IMG/VR virus record: IMGVR_UViG_3300025087_000038
Span: 32,001-96,000 of that record
Length of the DNA: 64,000 nt
Reading direction: 5' to 3' (one strand)
From: a virus
Shown here one piece after another: positions 35,924 to 45,068 of this stretch. Below the pieces are notes generated by a model. The model was not told the DNA's origin and ran no database searches. It was given only the letters and a program-made list of their open reading frames with translations. A program made the position numbers and the translations under genes. The number at the start of each line of letters is the position of its first letter. Positions within the stretch are counted from its first letter, which is position 1.

Positions 35924-36476
35924 AGAAAAAATAATTAAGGGGGTAACACAAATATTAGAAGGACTAGATGCAGATTTAAGTTTACCTGGATTAAAGGATA
36001 CCCCAAAAAGAGTAGCTGAAACATATTTAAAATTGTGCGGTGGCGATGAAGAAACCGTTGAAGAGATACTTGGTAGGACATTTGTTGATGAAGCAACGGA
36101 TGAACTAATTTTAGTAAAAAATATAGATTTCTTTTCATTATGCGAACATCATCTTTTACCTTTCTATGGAAGAGCGCATATAGGTTATATTCCTCGAGAT
36201 AGAAAAGTTTTGGGGTTAAGTAAAGTGGCCAGATTAGTAGAAGTTTATTCAAGAAAATTACAACTACAAGAAAGAATGACTTCACAAATTGCTCACGCAA
36301 TAGATAAACACCTCTCCCCTTGGGGAGTAGGTGTAATAATAGAAGCAAAACATCTTTGTATGGCAGCGAGGGGCGTAGAAAAAGTAAATCATGAAACTAC
36401 TACGAGTTGTATGTTAGGAGCAATGCGAAATAACTATGCTGCAAGAGAGGAGTTTATTTCCCTTATAAAAAGATGA
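35916..36476 (+). CDS. folE: GTP cyclohydrolase I
   Basis: DTPKRVA; [10 protein letters not shown]; GLSKVAR; LQLQERMT; HLCMAARGV. Confidence 0.96.
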   Translation: MDKEKIIKGVTQILEGLDADLSLPGLKDTPKRVAETYLKLCGGDEETVEEILGRTFVDEATDELILVKNIDFFSLCEHHLLPFYGRAHIGYIPRDRKVLGLSKVARLVEVYSRKLQLQERMTSQIAHAIDKHLSPWGVGVIIEAKHLCMAARGVEKVNHETTTSCMLGAMRNNYAAREEFISLIKR

Positions 36477-37276
36477 ACATTATTTGCCGGGATTCTATTG
36501 AATGGTTAAAGGAGCAACCCGATGCTTCAATCGATTTGGTAGTTACAGACCCTCCATATAATTCTACTATAGTTTCTTGGGATAATAAGACGGACGAATG
36601 GCAATTTCAGTGGTTACAAGAAGCAAAAAGAGTGTTGAAAGACGGAGCAAGCTTTTACATGTTTTTTGCACCAATGAATATGTATGGGGTAGAAGGTTGG
36701 GTTAGACAAAACCTAACACTACGAAATATTATAGTTTGGCATCACGCTAATTTGTATGGTGCTGGGATGGGCTATGGAACGGATAGATATAAGAGTACTT
36801 GGGATGTAGTTTTATATGCCGTAAAGGGGAAGAAAGCAAAACATGGTAAACATGTCGCTAGTGTTGCGTATTTAGAAACAGGTAGAGGATTTGATGTAAT
36901 GATTTATCCTCAGCCAAGACCTCTTTTACACAAAGCACAGAAGCCGTTAGATTTAATAAAGAAGTTTGTTATTTGTAGTTCAAATGAAGGTGATGTAGTA
37001 TTAGATCCATTTTGCGGGGCTGGAACTACAGGGATAGCTTGCAAGACGTTAAATAGAGATTTTATTTTAGTAGACAATGATCCAAAGTGTATAGAAATTA
37101 TAAATAAAAGACTTGAAAATATAGAAAGGTTAAAAGAGTTTGATAAAGAGTTATGGTTAGAGATGCGAGAGAGTAGACTGGAAGAAGAAAAGAATAAGTC
37201 TAAAAACCTTTCAAGTCGATTAAATAAATGGAAAAAGGGAGATGGAAGTAGTAAAATTCAAGAAAACGCATCCTGA
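36473..37276 (+). CDS. DNA amino-methyltransferase (N6A/N4C, beta class)
   Basis: TDPPY followed by HKAQKP and [10 protein letters not shown]. Confidence 0.9.
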   Translation: MNIICRDSIEWLKEQPDASIDLVVTDPPYNSTIVSWDNKTDEWQFQWLQEAKRVLKDGASFYMFFAPMNMYGVEGWVRQNLTLRNIIVWHHANLYGAGMGYGTDRYKSTWDVVLYAVKGKKAKHGKHVASVAYLETGRGFDVMIYPQPRPLLHKAQKPLDLIKKFVICSSNEGDVVLDPFCGAGTTGIACKTLNRDFILVDNDPKCIEIINKRLENIERLKEFDKELWLEMRESRLEEEKNKSKNLSSRLNKWKKGDGSSKIQENAS

Positions 37277-37340
37277 TGCAAAAACGCCAACTAAACATTT
37301 AGAAGCCGCTTGTTGGGATTTGTATTCAGTAAAGGAATAA
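37242..37340 (+). pseudogene. orphan dUTPase N-terminal fragment (32 aa)
   Basis: [32 protein letters not shown] matches a typical dUTPase N-terminus with motif I. Confidence 0.7.
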
Positions 37341-37344
37341 TTTT

Positions 37345-38766
37345 ATGAATTGTTTGTATTGTAACAAGGTATTAGAACATACTCAAAAGAAGTATTGTAG
37401 TAAAAAGTGCTCTGGTCTTGCCACTCAACCCGGAGGGTTTTTTCGGAATTGTTTGTTTTGCGATAAAGAATTTTGGGTTCAACCAGTTCGTTCTAACAGT
37501 AGAAAGTGGTGTAATGCTGAATGTGAGAATGCTTACCGTAAATTCTTTAGGATGAGAACTTGTAAGCAGTGCGGTAAAGAATTTGAAACTTATAATAAGG
37601 GGGATATTAGGATATTTTGTAGTAAAAAATGTTCATCAATAGCAAAACAGAAAAGAGTTAAGAAACAATGTATAATTTGTGGAAAAGAATTTGAAGTACC
37701 GGATTATGCCGCTGAAACTGCGAAGGTATGCGGTAGAAAATGTTTAGGTCAGTTTAATTCTATTAATTTAAAAAAATATTATAAAGAACACCCTAAGAAG
37801 AGAAATTGGATACTAGTAAAATGCCCTGTTTGTAGTAAACAATTTGAAACCTTTCCTTATATGTTTAGGAAAAACCCTAACATTACTTGTTCAAGGAAAT
37901 GTAGATCTAAATTAGTTTCATTGAAATATCAACAAGGATTGATTAAACCAAGTAGTTTTAAATCAAGAAAGTTACAGGCTTTAAGATCTATTACTAGACT
38001 TGTAGGAGATATTGATAGTAATTTACGATTTAGAAAATTTCTTGTACAACCAAACTCACTTGAAGTAAAATTGTTTGATTTATTTACTTCAATAAAGTAT
38101 GTGGGTAATAAACAAGTATGTGTTAGATTTAACGATGGAAGAAATAAATTTCCAGATTTTATTGTAGAACCCTTTGAAGCTACCAAAAAAGTAATAGAGG
38201 TTGCTGGTTTGTATTGGCATACTAAAGAAGAAATGGAGGAAATACAAAAAAAGTATGCGGAAGTTGGAATTAATTGTTTGATCGTTTATGATTATGAAAC
38301 TCAAGATATGACAATATTAAAGGAGAAAGTTTTTAAGTTTATTACAAATCTTACGTGTTTTCAACAAGCACAAGCGGAACATTTATTATTGCGGGGTTTG
38401 TATGATGGCGATGTTGGACTAGACCTTAGAAGTACTGTAGATGTTATAATTCCTAAGGGGGGTTATAGATTAGTGCCCTGCGGTATTAAAATTAAAATTC
38501 CAAAAGGCTATTACGGAAACTTGGTAGGGCGTAGTTCTTTAGCAAAGCAAGGGGTGTTTTGTCATAATGGTACGATTGATAATGGGTTTACTGGGGAATT
38601 AGGGCCTTGGTTGTACAACTTAGGTGAAAAAGCTTATTCCGTTTCTGAGGGTGATAAGGTTTGCCAGATAGTAATAAAAGAACTTGTTAATGTAGATTTA
38701 GTAGAAGTAACCGAATTAAGTCAAAGTGAAAGAGGAGAAAAAGGCTTTGGAAGCAGTGGAAAATAA
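37345..38766 (+). CDS. dut: Zn-finger repeat / Vsr-DUF559-like endonuclease fused to trimeric dUTPase
   Basis: Several CxxC...CSxxC units; FPDF...IEVAGLYWH; then GDVGLDL, GRSS, GTIDNGFTG, GDKVCQ, ERGEKGFGSSG. Confidence 0.85.
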   Translation: MNCLYCNKVLEHTQKKYCSKKCSGLATQPGGFFRNCLFCDKEFWVQPVRSNSRKWCNAECENAYRKFFRMRTCKQCGKEFETYNKGDIRIFCSKKCSSIAKQKRVKKQCIICGKEFEVPDYAAETAKVCGRKCLGQFNSINLKKYYKEHPKKRNWILVKCPVCSKQFETFPYMFRKNPNITCSRKCRSKLVSLKYQQGLIKPSSFKSRKLQALRSITRLVGDIDSNLRFRKFLVQPNSLEVKLFDLFTSIKYVGNKQVCVRFNDGRNKFPDFIVEPFEATKKVIEVAGLYWHTKEEMEEIQKKYAEVGINCLIVYDYETQDMTILKEKVFKFITNLTCFQQAQAEHLLLRGLYDGDVGLDLRSTVDVIIPKGGYRLVPCGIKIKIPKGYYGNLVGRSSLAKQGVFCHNGTIDNGFTGELGPWLYNLGEKAYSVSEGDKVCQIVIKELVNVDLVEVTELSQSERGEKGFGSSGK

Positions 38767-41227
38767 TTCACAAACTTTAAAAGAAGATCCTTTTTATTAC
38801 ATAACACCCCCAAGTTGTAATAAATGTAAGTTGTGCGAAACAAGTTCGGCAAGGGGAATAGTAGAAACTTGTATTCCTGGTTGTGGACCTATTGTAAAAG
38901 AGGGTTATTTATATGACCCAACAATGAGACCTATTGAGATAATGTTGGTAGGAGAGGCGCCTGGTTACGATGAGGTTCTACAAAGAAAACCTTTTGTAGG
39001 AGAAGCTGGAAAAGTTTTAGATAAATGTTTAACAGAAGCCGGGGTTGAACGAAGAAGTATTTTTATTACTAATGTAGTTAAATGCCGGCCACTAAACAAT
39101 GAAACACCTCCATTATCTGCCATTAAAGCTTGCGCAGAATACTTAGACAAAGAGATAGAAGAAATAAAACCAAGGGTAATTGGACTACTTGGAAATGTCG
39201 CGATAGAACGAGTTTTAGGAAAGGGTGTAGGTGGAGTTTCAAAAATACGGGGCAATGTCTTTTGGAGTGAAAAATATAATTGTACTTGTATTCCGATGTT
39301 TCACCCAGCATATTTGTTGAGAAATATTGAGCAGGTTTCTTTAGTCGATTACTTAGTGAAAGATTTAAGATTGCTAAAAGAAGCTGCTTTAGTAGAAAAG
39401 TATGAAAAGAAAGTTAAACCCGTTACTTATACTGTTTGCGATACAATTGAAAAAGTAAAAGAATTGTTTGCTAACTTAATGAAAGAACCTGTTTTTTGCT
39501 TTGATTTAGAAACAACGGGATTTGATTTTTTAGAAGACGATATTTTGTGCACATCCTTTTCGTATCAAGAATATACCGCTTTTGTTCTTCCACTCTTTTT
39601 AAAAGATAATTATTGGAAAGAAAACGAAAAATTTATCATTGAATCTCTTAAGAAATGTTTTGCTAGAACTGATTGTGAGAAAGTCGCGCATAACCTAAAA
39701 TTTGACGCAAAGTTTTTAAGACGAATAGGAGTAGAAGTAAAAGGATCAATTTTTGACACGATGATAGCGCATTATTTATTAGATGAAAATGCTAGAGGAG
39801 AACATGGATTAAAAGATTTGGCCTGGAAGTATACTGACATAGGCGGTTACGATAAAGAAATTAAATCTTTTATAAAAGATGGGTTAGATAAAGCACCTCG
39901 AGAACTTTTATACAAGTATTCAGCTACTGACCCCGATTGTACTATGCGATTGTACAATATTTTTAAACCTAAATTGGAAAAGGAAAAGGTATCTTATTTT
40001 TATGCTACTTTTATCATTCCAGCTATAAAATTACTAATAGATATGGAATGGGTAGGGGTAAAAGTTGACTCAGGTAGATTAAAATTTTTAGGAAAGAAGT
40101 ATTCAGAAATTTTAACGGATATAGAAAGTAGGTTAAGGAATTTTCCAGAGGTACAACAGCTAGAACAACGAACTGGAAAGGCATTTAATTTTAGGTCACC
40201 TTTGCAATTAAGAGAATTATTGTTTGGGTATTTGAAACTTCCAAGTACTACAACAACTGCTAAGGGATTTGATAGTACGGGCGAGAAAGTTTTAGAAGAA
40301 ATATCAAAATTGCATGAGATACCAAAACTTTTGTTAGACCATCGTAAGTATAGCAAATTAAAATTTACTTATGTTGAAGGAATAAAGGATTTGATTGCGA
40401 AGGATGGAAGATTACATACGACGTATCTTCTTCACGGAACTACAACTGGAAGGTTAGCTAGCGCTAAACCAAATTTGCAGAATATTCCTAGGGATGGGGA
40501 GATTAAATCTATTTTTGTGCCAGGAGAAGGTTGGATTTTTATTGAAGCAGACTACTCTCAAATTGAGTTTCGGGCTTGGGCAAATTATTCTAAAGATACT
40601 GCGATGATAGAAGATATAAAATCTGGAAAAGATATACATAGAATGATTGCTTCAATTGTGTTTGGTTGTTCTTCAGAACAGATAACTAGATCTCAGAGAC
40701 AAGTAGCTAAAGGCACGGTTTATGGTCTTATGTATGGACGTGGTTCAGATTCAATAGCGAAAGAATTTGGGATAAGTGTATTGGAAGCGAAAAAGATTGT
40801 TGATGTATTTTTTAGTAGATACCCGCAAGCAAAAGAATTTTTAGAAAATATTAAAAAACAAGTTAGAAGAGATGGACGACTAAGGAGTTTCTTTGGTCGG
40901 ATACGTAGACTACCTGGTATTCATAGTAGAGATAAGATGGTAGTTGCTGAGGCTGAAAGACAAGCATTAAATTTTCCATTTCAGTCTATGGCTAGTGATA
41001 TCACTATGTTATGTGGTATAAGAGTTCAAGAAGTTATAAAAGAAAAAGGATTCAAATCATACCAGGTTTTAACTGTTCACGATAGTTTAGTGTGGGAGGT
41101 TCCAAAAGAGGAATTAGAAGAAATGCTTAAAATTGTATATGAAGAAACATCAAGACAACTTCCTGGTATTACTGTGCCTATAGAAGCAGAGATTAAAGTA
41201 ACTAATGTTTATGGTGGAGAAAAATAA
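38726..41227 (+). CDS. family A DNA polymerase with N-terminal family-4 uracil-DNA glycosylase domain
   Basis: GEAPG, NVVKCRP, HPA (UDG); DLET, HNLKFD (3'-5' exonuclease); TGRLAS, DYSQIE, RQVAKGTVYG, VHDS (polymerase). Confidence 0.95.
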   Translation: MKEEKKALEAVENNSQTLKEDPFYYITPPSCNKCKLCETSSARGIVETCIPGCGPIVKEGYLYDPTMRPIEIMLVGEAPGYDEVLQRKPFVGEAGKVLDKCLTEAGVERRSIFITNVVKCRPLNNETPPLSAIKACAEYLDKEIEEIKPRVIGLLGNVAIERVLGKGVGGVSKIRGNVFWSEKYNCTCIPMFHPAYLLRNIEQVSLVDYLVKDLRLLKEAALVEKYEKKVKPVTYTVCDTIEKVKELFANLMKEPVFCFDLETTGFDFLEDDILCTSFSYQEYTAFVLPLFLKDNYWKENEKFIIESLKKCFARTDCEKVAHNLKFDAKFLRRIGVEVKGSIFDTMIAHYLLDENARGEHGLKDLAWKYTDIGGYDKEIKSFIKDGLDKAPRELLYKYSATDPDCTMRLYNIFKPKLEKEKVSYFYATFIIPAIKLLIDMEWVGVKVDSGRLKFLGKKYSEILTDIESRLRNFPEVQQLEQRTGKAFNFRSPLQLRELLFGYLKLPSTTTTAKGFDSTGEKVLEEISKLHEIPKLLLDHRKYSKLKFTYVEGIKDLIAKDGRLHTTYLLHGTTTGRLASAKPNLQNIPRDGEIKSIFVPGEGWIFIEADYSQIEFRAWANYSKDTAMIEDIKSGKDIHRMIASIVFGCSSEQITRSQRQVAKGTVYGLMYGRGSDSIAKEFGISVLEAKKIVDVFFSRYPQAKEFLENIKKQVRRDGRLRSFFGRIRRLPGIHSRDKMVVAEAERQALNFPFQSMASDITMLCGIRVQEVIKEKGFKSYQVLTVHDSLVWEVPKEELEEMLKIVYEETSRQLPGITVPIEAEIKVTNVYGGEK

Positions 41228-41258
41228 TTTAAAGTAATTCTTTACTTTTTTAAAATTT

Positions 41259-41269
41259 TGTAGTATAAT
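41259..41269 (+). promoter_or_regulatory. YGTAGTATAAT promoter-like motif
   Basis: TGTAGTATAAT then TAAGGAGG. Confidence 0.65.
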
Positions 41270-41290
41270 ATTAATGTAAGGAGGAAAGAT

Positions 41291-41512
41291 ATGAGAGTAT
41301 ATGTAGTAACTAGTGGAGAATTGGGAGAAGGCGGCAATGTTTTAGGGGTTTACAAATCCCAATCCCTCGCGGTTAAAAAAGCTCTCAAAGAACCGACGAG
41401 GGCTGGTTATGGGTGGGAGAAGGATAAAATAATTGATGGAAAAGATGATAGATGGATAAACGGGTGCGATTTTGTTAAAGTAGAATCCTTTAAATTGGTA
41501 GAAAGGGGATGA
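41291..41512 (+). CDS. hypothetical protein
   Basis: MRVYVV...VLGVY-type small phage protein. Confidence 0.55.
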   Translation: MRVYVVTSGELGEGGNVLGVYKSQSLAVKKALKEPTRAGYGWEKDKIIDGKDDRWINGCDFVKVESFKLVERG

Positions 41513-41515
41513 AAA

Positions 41516-42493
41516 ATGAAAATAGTAGAATTAAAGGATAAGTTAGAAGAAATAGAAAGAACAGAAAGATGTATAGAATTAGATAATGTATCAAGATTAA
41601 AGTATAAAGGGCCATCAGGCAAGGGGTTTACGTTTACCTTAGCTGATGCTGAATTGAACTTTGAAGGCAAAGAACTTGCTCTACTTTGTCAGAACGTAGA
41701 TGTAAATCTTCCTTTTACTCGGAAGTGTTCAGATCCTTTAAAGGAAACTCTGTTTACAGAGTTCCTAAGTAGGCCCGGGAAGAGTTTAAAGTTGGTAGCG
41801 AGAGAGAATCAAGTAACAGGTGTTTTACCATTTAGAACACCTTATGTTCCTTCCTCTAAGTTAGTTGATGTTGTCGCTACTGCAATAGAAGCAGTTGATG
41901 TAGAGTATAAGAATTATAATGGAACAAGAATCTTCGACTTCGTTAGTAAGATTAATGCTGAACCAAAAAAGAGAGTTGGAGACGTAACAAAAGCCGGAAT
42001 AACATTGTTAGAAAATAGGTCAAACGTTTTAACTTCATATGAAGTTAATGTAGGCGGATTTTTGTATCGGTTAAGTTGTAGTAATGGTGCTGTAACAAGA
42101 ACAGAAAGTCTTCACCGGATAGGCGGAAAAACAGTAGAAGAAATTTTAAACGGCGTAGGAAATACAACAAGGAAAGTGTTTGAAGTAGTGAGCAAGGAAG
42201 ACCTCCTACAGTTTGTCCATCTTGATGATGTAAAAGCTGAAGACCCCTCAAACTTAGTTCATAGGTTGTCAAGAGATAGTAGAATTCCTGCTTCACTTGA
42301 AAGAAGAATTTTAGATAGAATTCCAGAATTGGGTTTAAATCCAACTATGTATGACGTAATAAACCTAGTAACGAGTGTTGCTAACGATGAGAAACTTTCA
42401 ATTAGAAATAGTAGATTACTGCAAGTAATGGGTGGCCAATTGACTATATCGGCGGAACATCGTTGTCCAACTTGTAAGGTAATATTGAATTGA
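41516..42493 (+). CDS. DUF932-like protein
   Basis: GGFLYRLSCSNGA motif; TMYDVINLVT. Confidence 0.55.
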   Translation: MKIVELKDKLEEIERTERCIELDNVSRLKYKGPSGKGFTFTLADAELNFEGKELALLCQNVDVNLPFTRKCSDPLKETLFTEFLSRPGKSLKLVARENQVTGVLPFRTPYVPSSKLVDVVATAIEAVDVEYKNYNGTRIFDFVSKINAEPKKRVGDVTKAGITLLENRSNVLTSYEVNVGGFLYRLSCSNGAVTRTESLHRIGGKTVEEILNGVGNTTRKVFEVVSKEDLLQFVHLDDVKAEDPSNLVHRLSRDSRIPASLERRILDRIPELGLNPTMYDVINLVTSVANDEKLSIRNSRLLQVMGGQLTISAEHRCPTCKVILN

Positions 42494-42497
42494 ATTT

Positions 42498-42576
42498 CTA
42501 CTTTAGGAGTAGTGTAGTGGTAGCACACCTGACGAAAGGATGGGGGCGAGAGTTCGAATCTCTCCTTCTTTAGTAG
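42498..42576 (+). ncRNA. tRNA-like element with aberrant anticodon arm and extended acceptor stem
   Basis: D arm GTGT-AGTGGTA-GCAC; T arm GAGAG-TTCGAAT-CTCTC; stem CTACT-TT-AGGAG/CTTCT-TT-AGTAG; no U33. Confidence 0.65.
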
Positions 42577-42720
42577 GTATTAAGGGATTAAAATGAAAAA
42601 AGAGCATATCAGAAAATTCTTATGTGATAGTTGTAAATATATAGTAAAGGGAAAGAGATATTGCAAACACGGCGGAAAACAAGGATTAAAAAGTAGGTGT
42701 AGTATGAAGAAAGGAAAAAT

Positions 42721-42921
42721 ATGATAAACGGATATTGTGTTACTAATCTCGATGGTTTTAAGGACGAAAATTGGCCTACTAAATTTTCTTGTAAGCCAGG
42801 GGCGGGAGATTGTGTCGAGGCGGCAAGCGGCAAAATGCTACGTGTAGTTTCTGTTACACATAGAATTAGGCCGAATGGGGATCCTGCATTACGTGTAGAG
42901 TTGCATACGCAATGCAGGTAA
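42721..42921 (+). CDS. hypothetical protein
   Basis: GAAAGGA RBS; 66 aa. Confidence 0.55.
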   Translation: MINGYCVTNLDGFKDENWPTKFSCKPGAGDCVEAASGKMLRVVSVTHRIRPNGDPALRVELHTQCR

Positions 42922-42933
42922 TAAAAAGAAATT

Positions 42934-42984
42934 AGGGCATAAGGAGTTCCTATACAAAATCCTGTTAAGATTACTCCTCGCTCT
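42934..42984 (+). ncRNA. bulged-stem RNA repeat, copy 1
   Basis: AGGGC-ATA-AGGAGT-TCCTAT...ACTCCT-C-GCTCT. Confidence 0.75.
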
Positions 42985-42992
42985 TTAAGATT

Positions 42993-43048
42993 AAGGCATA
43001 AGCGGTTCCTATTACAATTTGTTTATCTACAAAATTACTGCTCGCCTT
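42993..43048 (+). ncRNA. bulged-stem RNA repeat, copy 2
   Basis: AAGGC-ATA-AGCGGT-TCCTAT...ACTGCT-C-GCCTT. Confidence 0.75.
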
Positions 43049-43062
43049 TATGAAGATAAGTT

Positions 43063-43129
43063 GTAAGACATAAGGAGTTCCTATTAAAACTCAGCCGAAA
43101 GGCTGATTGGTTAATACTCCTCGTCTTAC
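43063..43129 (+). ncRNA. bulged-stem RNA repeat, copy 3
   Basis: GTAAGAC-ATA-AGGAGT-TCCTAT...TCAGCC-GAAA-GGCTGA...ACTCCT-C-GTCTTAC. Confidence 0.75.
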
Positions 43130-43151
43130 TATAAAAAGGGGGATGAATGAA

Positions 43152-45068
43152 ATGGAATCGGTAGTTAGATTGTTTCGGGCATTACCTATAGATGCAAGGG
43201 TATCTGTAAGTAGGAAAGCTACTAAATCTTTGTTAAAAGAAACGATAGGTAAAGGGTTTATCTTTTCTCCTGAAGTGATTTCTCATTATTCTGAGCATAC
43301 TCTTCTTTCCCTGATACCAACTATATCAAAAGAGATAGGATTATCTGCCAATAAAATGAACGCCGCCTTCCATAAATCCTGGAAGAAAGTAGCAACTGCT
43401 GATATAGAAGAACTAATAATGGAACAGATATGCCATTACATTACTACGTATGGATATGAAAGTTTGGGAATATACGATGAAAGTACTGTCTATATTCCTT
43501 TAGAAAAGTTAGATATACCCAAATTAGATACCGATAAAATGTTCCTTGTAGTTATTAAAGGCTATACTAAAGAAGAATTAAAAGGGAAGTTAATAACACT
43601 TTTAGGTTCGGGGATAGCGTTAAAAGAAGATACCAAAAAAGATGTTATAGATGTTGCGACATATGTAGGCATAACTGAAAAAGAGGTATCTGAAATAAAG
43701 AATAAAGAAGTAAGGGCGGCATTATATGATTATTTAGGTATGGTACCTGAGAACCCAATAGAGTTTCTTCGGTTTATGATTTATAAGTCTACTAATAAGA
43801 CATTGCTAATTAAGAATGATGCGCTTATTAAAGAGATAAAGTCTAAAGATAACCTTGGTAGTCTTGGGTTATTAGAACGATATGGGTCTAAACACGGATT
43901 TGAAAAGTTAGCAGAAATATTTTACCGGTTTAGACCGTTGTGGTTGGCGTTTAGGACCAGCAAGAAACTGAAAATCATAATAAACAGGATAAGAAAACTA
44001 GCCATTAAATACCATAAACCTATGCCGGAAGATTACCTAAATACTATTACGTCCAGAATAAAGGATTTAACCATTAAAGAGAGTACTTTAAAGGAAAAGT
44101 TAGGTAAGGTAAACATATTTAGGAAGATACGATTAGCATATGCTTTAAAGTTTAGAACAGGTAAAGCAGAATCTATTTTGTATAGAATAAGAAACGGGAA
44201 GAGTTATGCCAAGGGGTTTAGTTTTAATCAACAAGTGTCTGCTAAAATGGTATTAGACATTGTTAAAGAATCTATCATTAACGACATTAAACCCGCCGTA
44301 GAAGGTAAAAAGATTTATATTCCTTCTCATATAATTTATGCCTTGCCTGCAACGGAGAAACAATTTACTGGAGATTTCCCGTCTGGAACCTGCATATCTA
44401 TTCCTAAAGATATGGTGTTTGGCATACATTGGGAAAACGTAGAAGAAAACCGGATAGACTTAGACTTATCTTTAATAACCGTAGAAGGAAATAAGATTGG
44501 ATGGGATGGATGGTATCGAAATGCAGAGAAAACTATTTTATTTTCCGGTGATGTAACCGATGCTCCAAAAGATAAAGGAGGGGCAAGTGAATTATTTTAT
44601 GTAAAACGCCAGGTAGATACTAATGCTATTCTAATGGTTAATTACTTTAATTTTGATGAGACAATAGAAGTTCCTTTTAAGATTCTTGTGGCTAAAGAAC
44701 TGGTAAAAGATTTTGATAGGAACTATATGGTCAATCCCAACAATGTGGTAGGTGTAACTAAAACCAATATTAAAGAAGGAAGGCAAAAAGTATTGGGTAT
44801 AATTTCTGTTACAAAAGATGTCTGCAAATTCTATTTTGCGGAAACATATCTTGGCGATTCTATAACTTCGTATGGTAATGACTATTCTAATCATGCGAGA
44901 CAATACTTACTCGATTTTTATAGTAATATGATTAGTTTAAACGAAGTGCTAGAGGAAGCAGGCGCAAATCTTGTTACTAATGCTGAGAAATGTGATATAG
45001 ATTTGTCGCCGGAGAAATTAGAAAAAGATACAATAATACAGTTATTGGTGGAAGGAAAAAGAAAATGA
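43152..45068 (+). CDS. large helical protein with C-terminal TerD-like domain (possibly Ro/TROVE-related)
   Basis: Start reassigned to the ATG after the AAGGGGG RBS; basic alpha-helical N-terminal ~400 aa; IDLDLS...FSGDVTDAP...GASE C-terminal motifs. Confidence 0.55.
   Translation: MESVVRLFRALPIDARVSVSRKATKSLLKETIGKGFIFSPEVISHYSEHTLLSLIPTISKEIGLSANKMNAAFHKSWKKVATADIEELIMEQICHYITTYGYESLGIYDESTVYIPLEKLDIPKLDTDKMFLVVIKGYTKEELKGKLITLLGSGIALKEDTKKDVIDVATYVGITEKEVSEIKNKEVRAALYDYLGMVPENPIEFLRFMIYKSTNKTLLIKNDALIKEIKSKDNLGSLGLLERYGSKHGFEKLAEIFYRFRPLWLAFRTSKKLKIIINRIRKLAIKYHKPMPEDYLNTITSRIKDLTIKESTLKEKLGKVNIFRKIRLAYALKFRTGKAESILYRIRNGKSYAKGFSFNQQVSAKMVLDIVKESIINDIKPAVEGKKIYIPSHIIYALPATEKQFTGDFPSGTCISIPKDMVFGIHWENVEENRIDLDLSLITVEGNKIGWDGWYRNAEKTILFSGDVTDAPKDKGGASELFYVKRQVDTNAILMVNYFNFDETIEVPFKILVAKELVKDFDRNYMVNPNNVVGVTKTNIKEGRQKVLGIISVTKDVCKFYFAETYLGDSITSYGNDYSNHARQYLLDFYSNMISLNEVLEEAGANLVTNAEKCDIDLSPEKLEKDTIIQLLVEGKRK

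Noticed and set aside
37242-38400. Group I intron or ribosomal bypass rejoining the dUTPase
   Set aside because: There are no non-coding flanks for a ribozyme core, motif I is present twice, and the downstream dUTPase is already in frame with the endonuclease. Not formally excluded without RT-PCR.
42934-43129. CRISPR mini-array interpretation of the three repeats
   Set aside because: The conserved parts are the two arms of a stem enclosing a variable loop, the units covary rather than being identical, spacing is irregular, and no cas gene is in the window.
43107-43151. ORF-track start (TTG at 43107) for the TerD-like gene
   Set aside because: It lies inside RNA repeat 3 and lacks an RBS. 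The ATG at 43152 has a well-spaced AAGGGGG.
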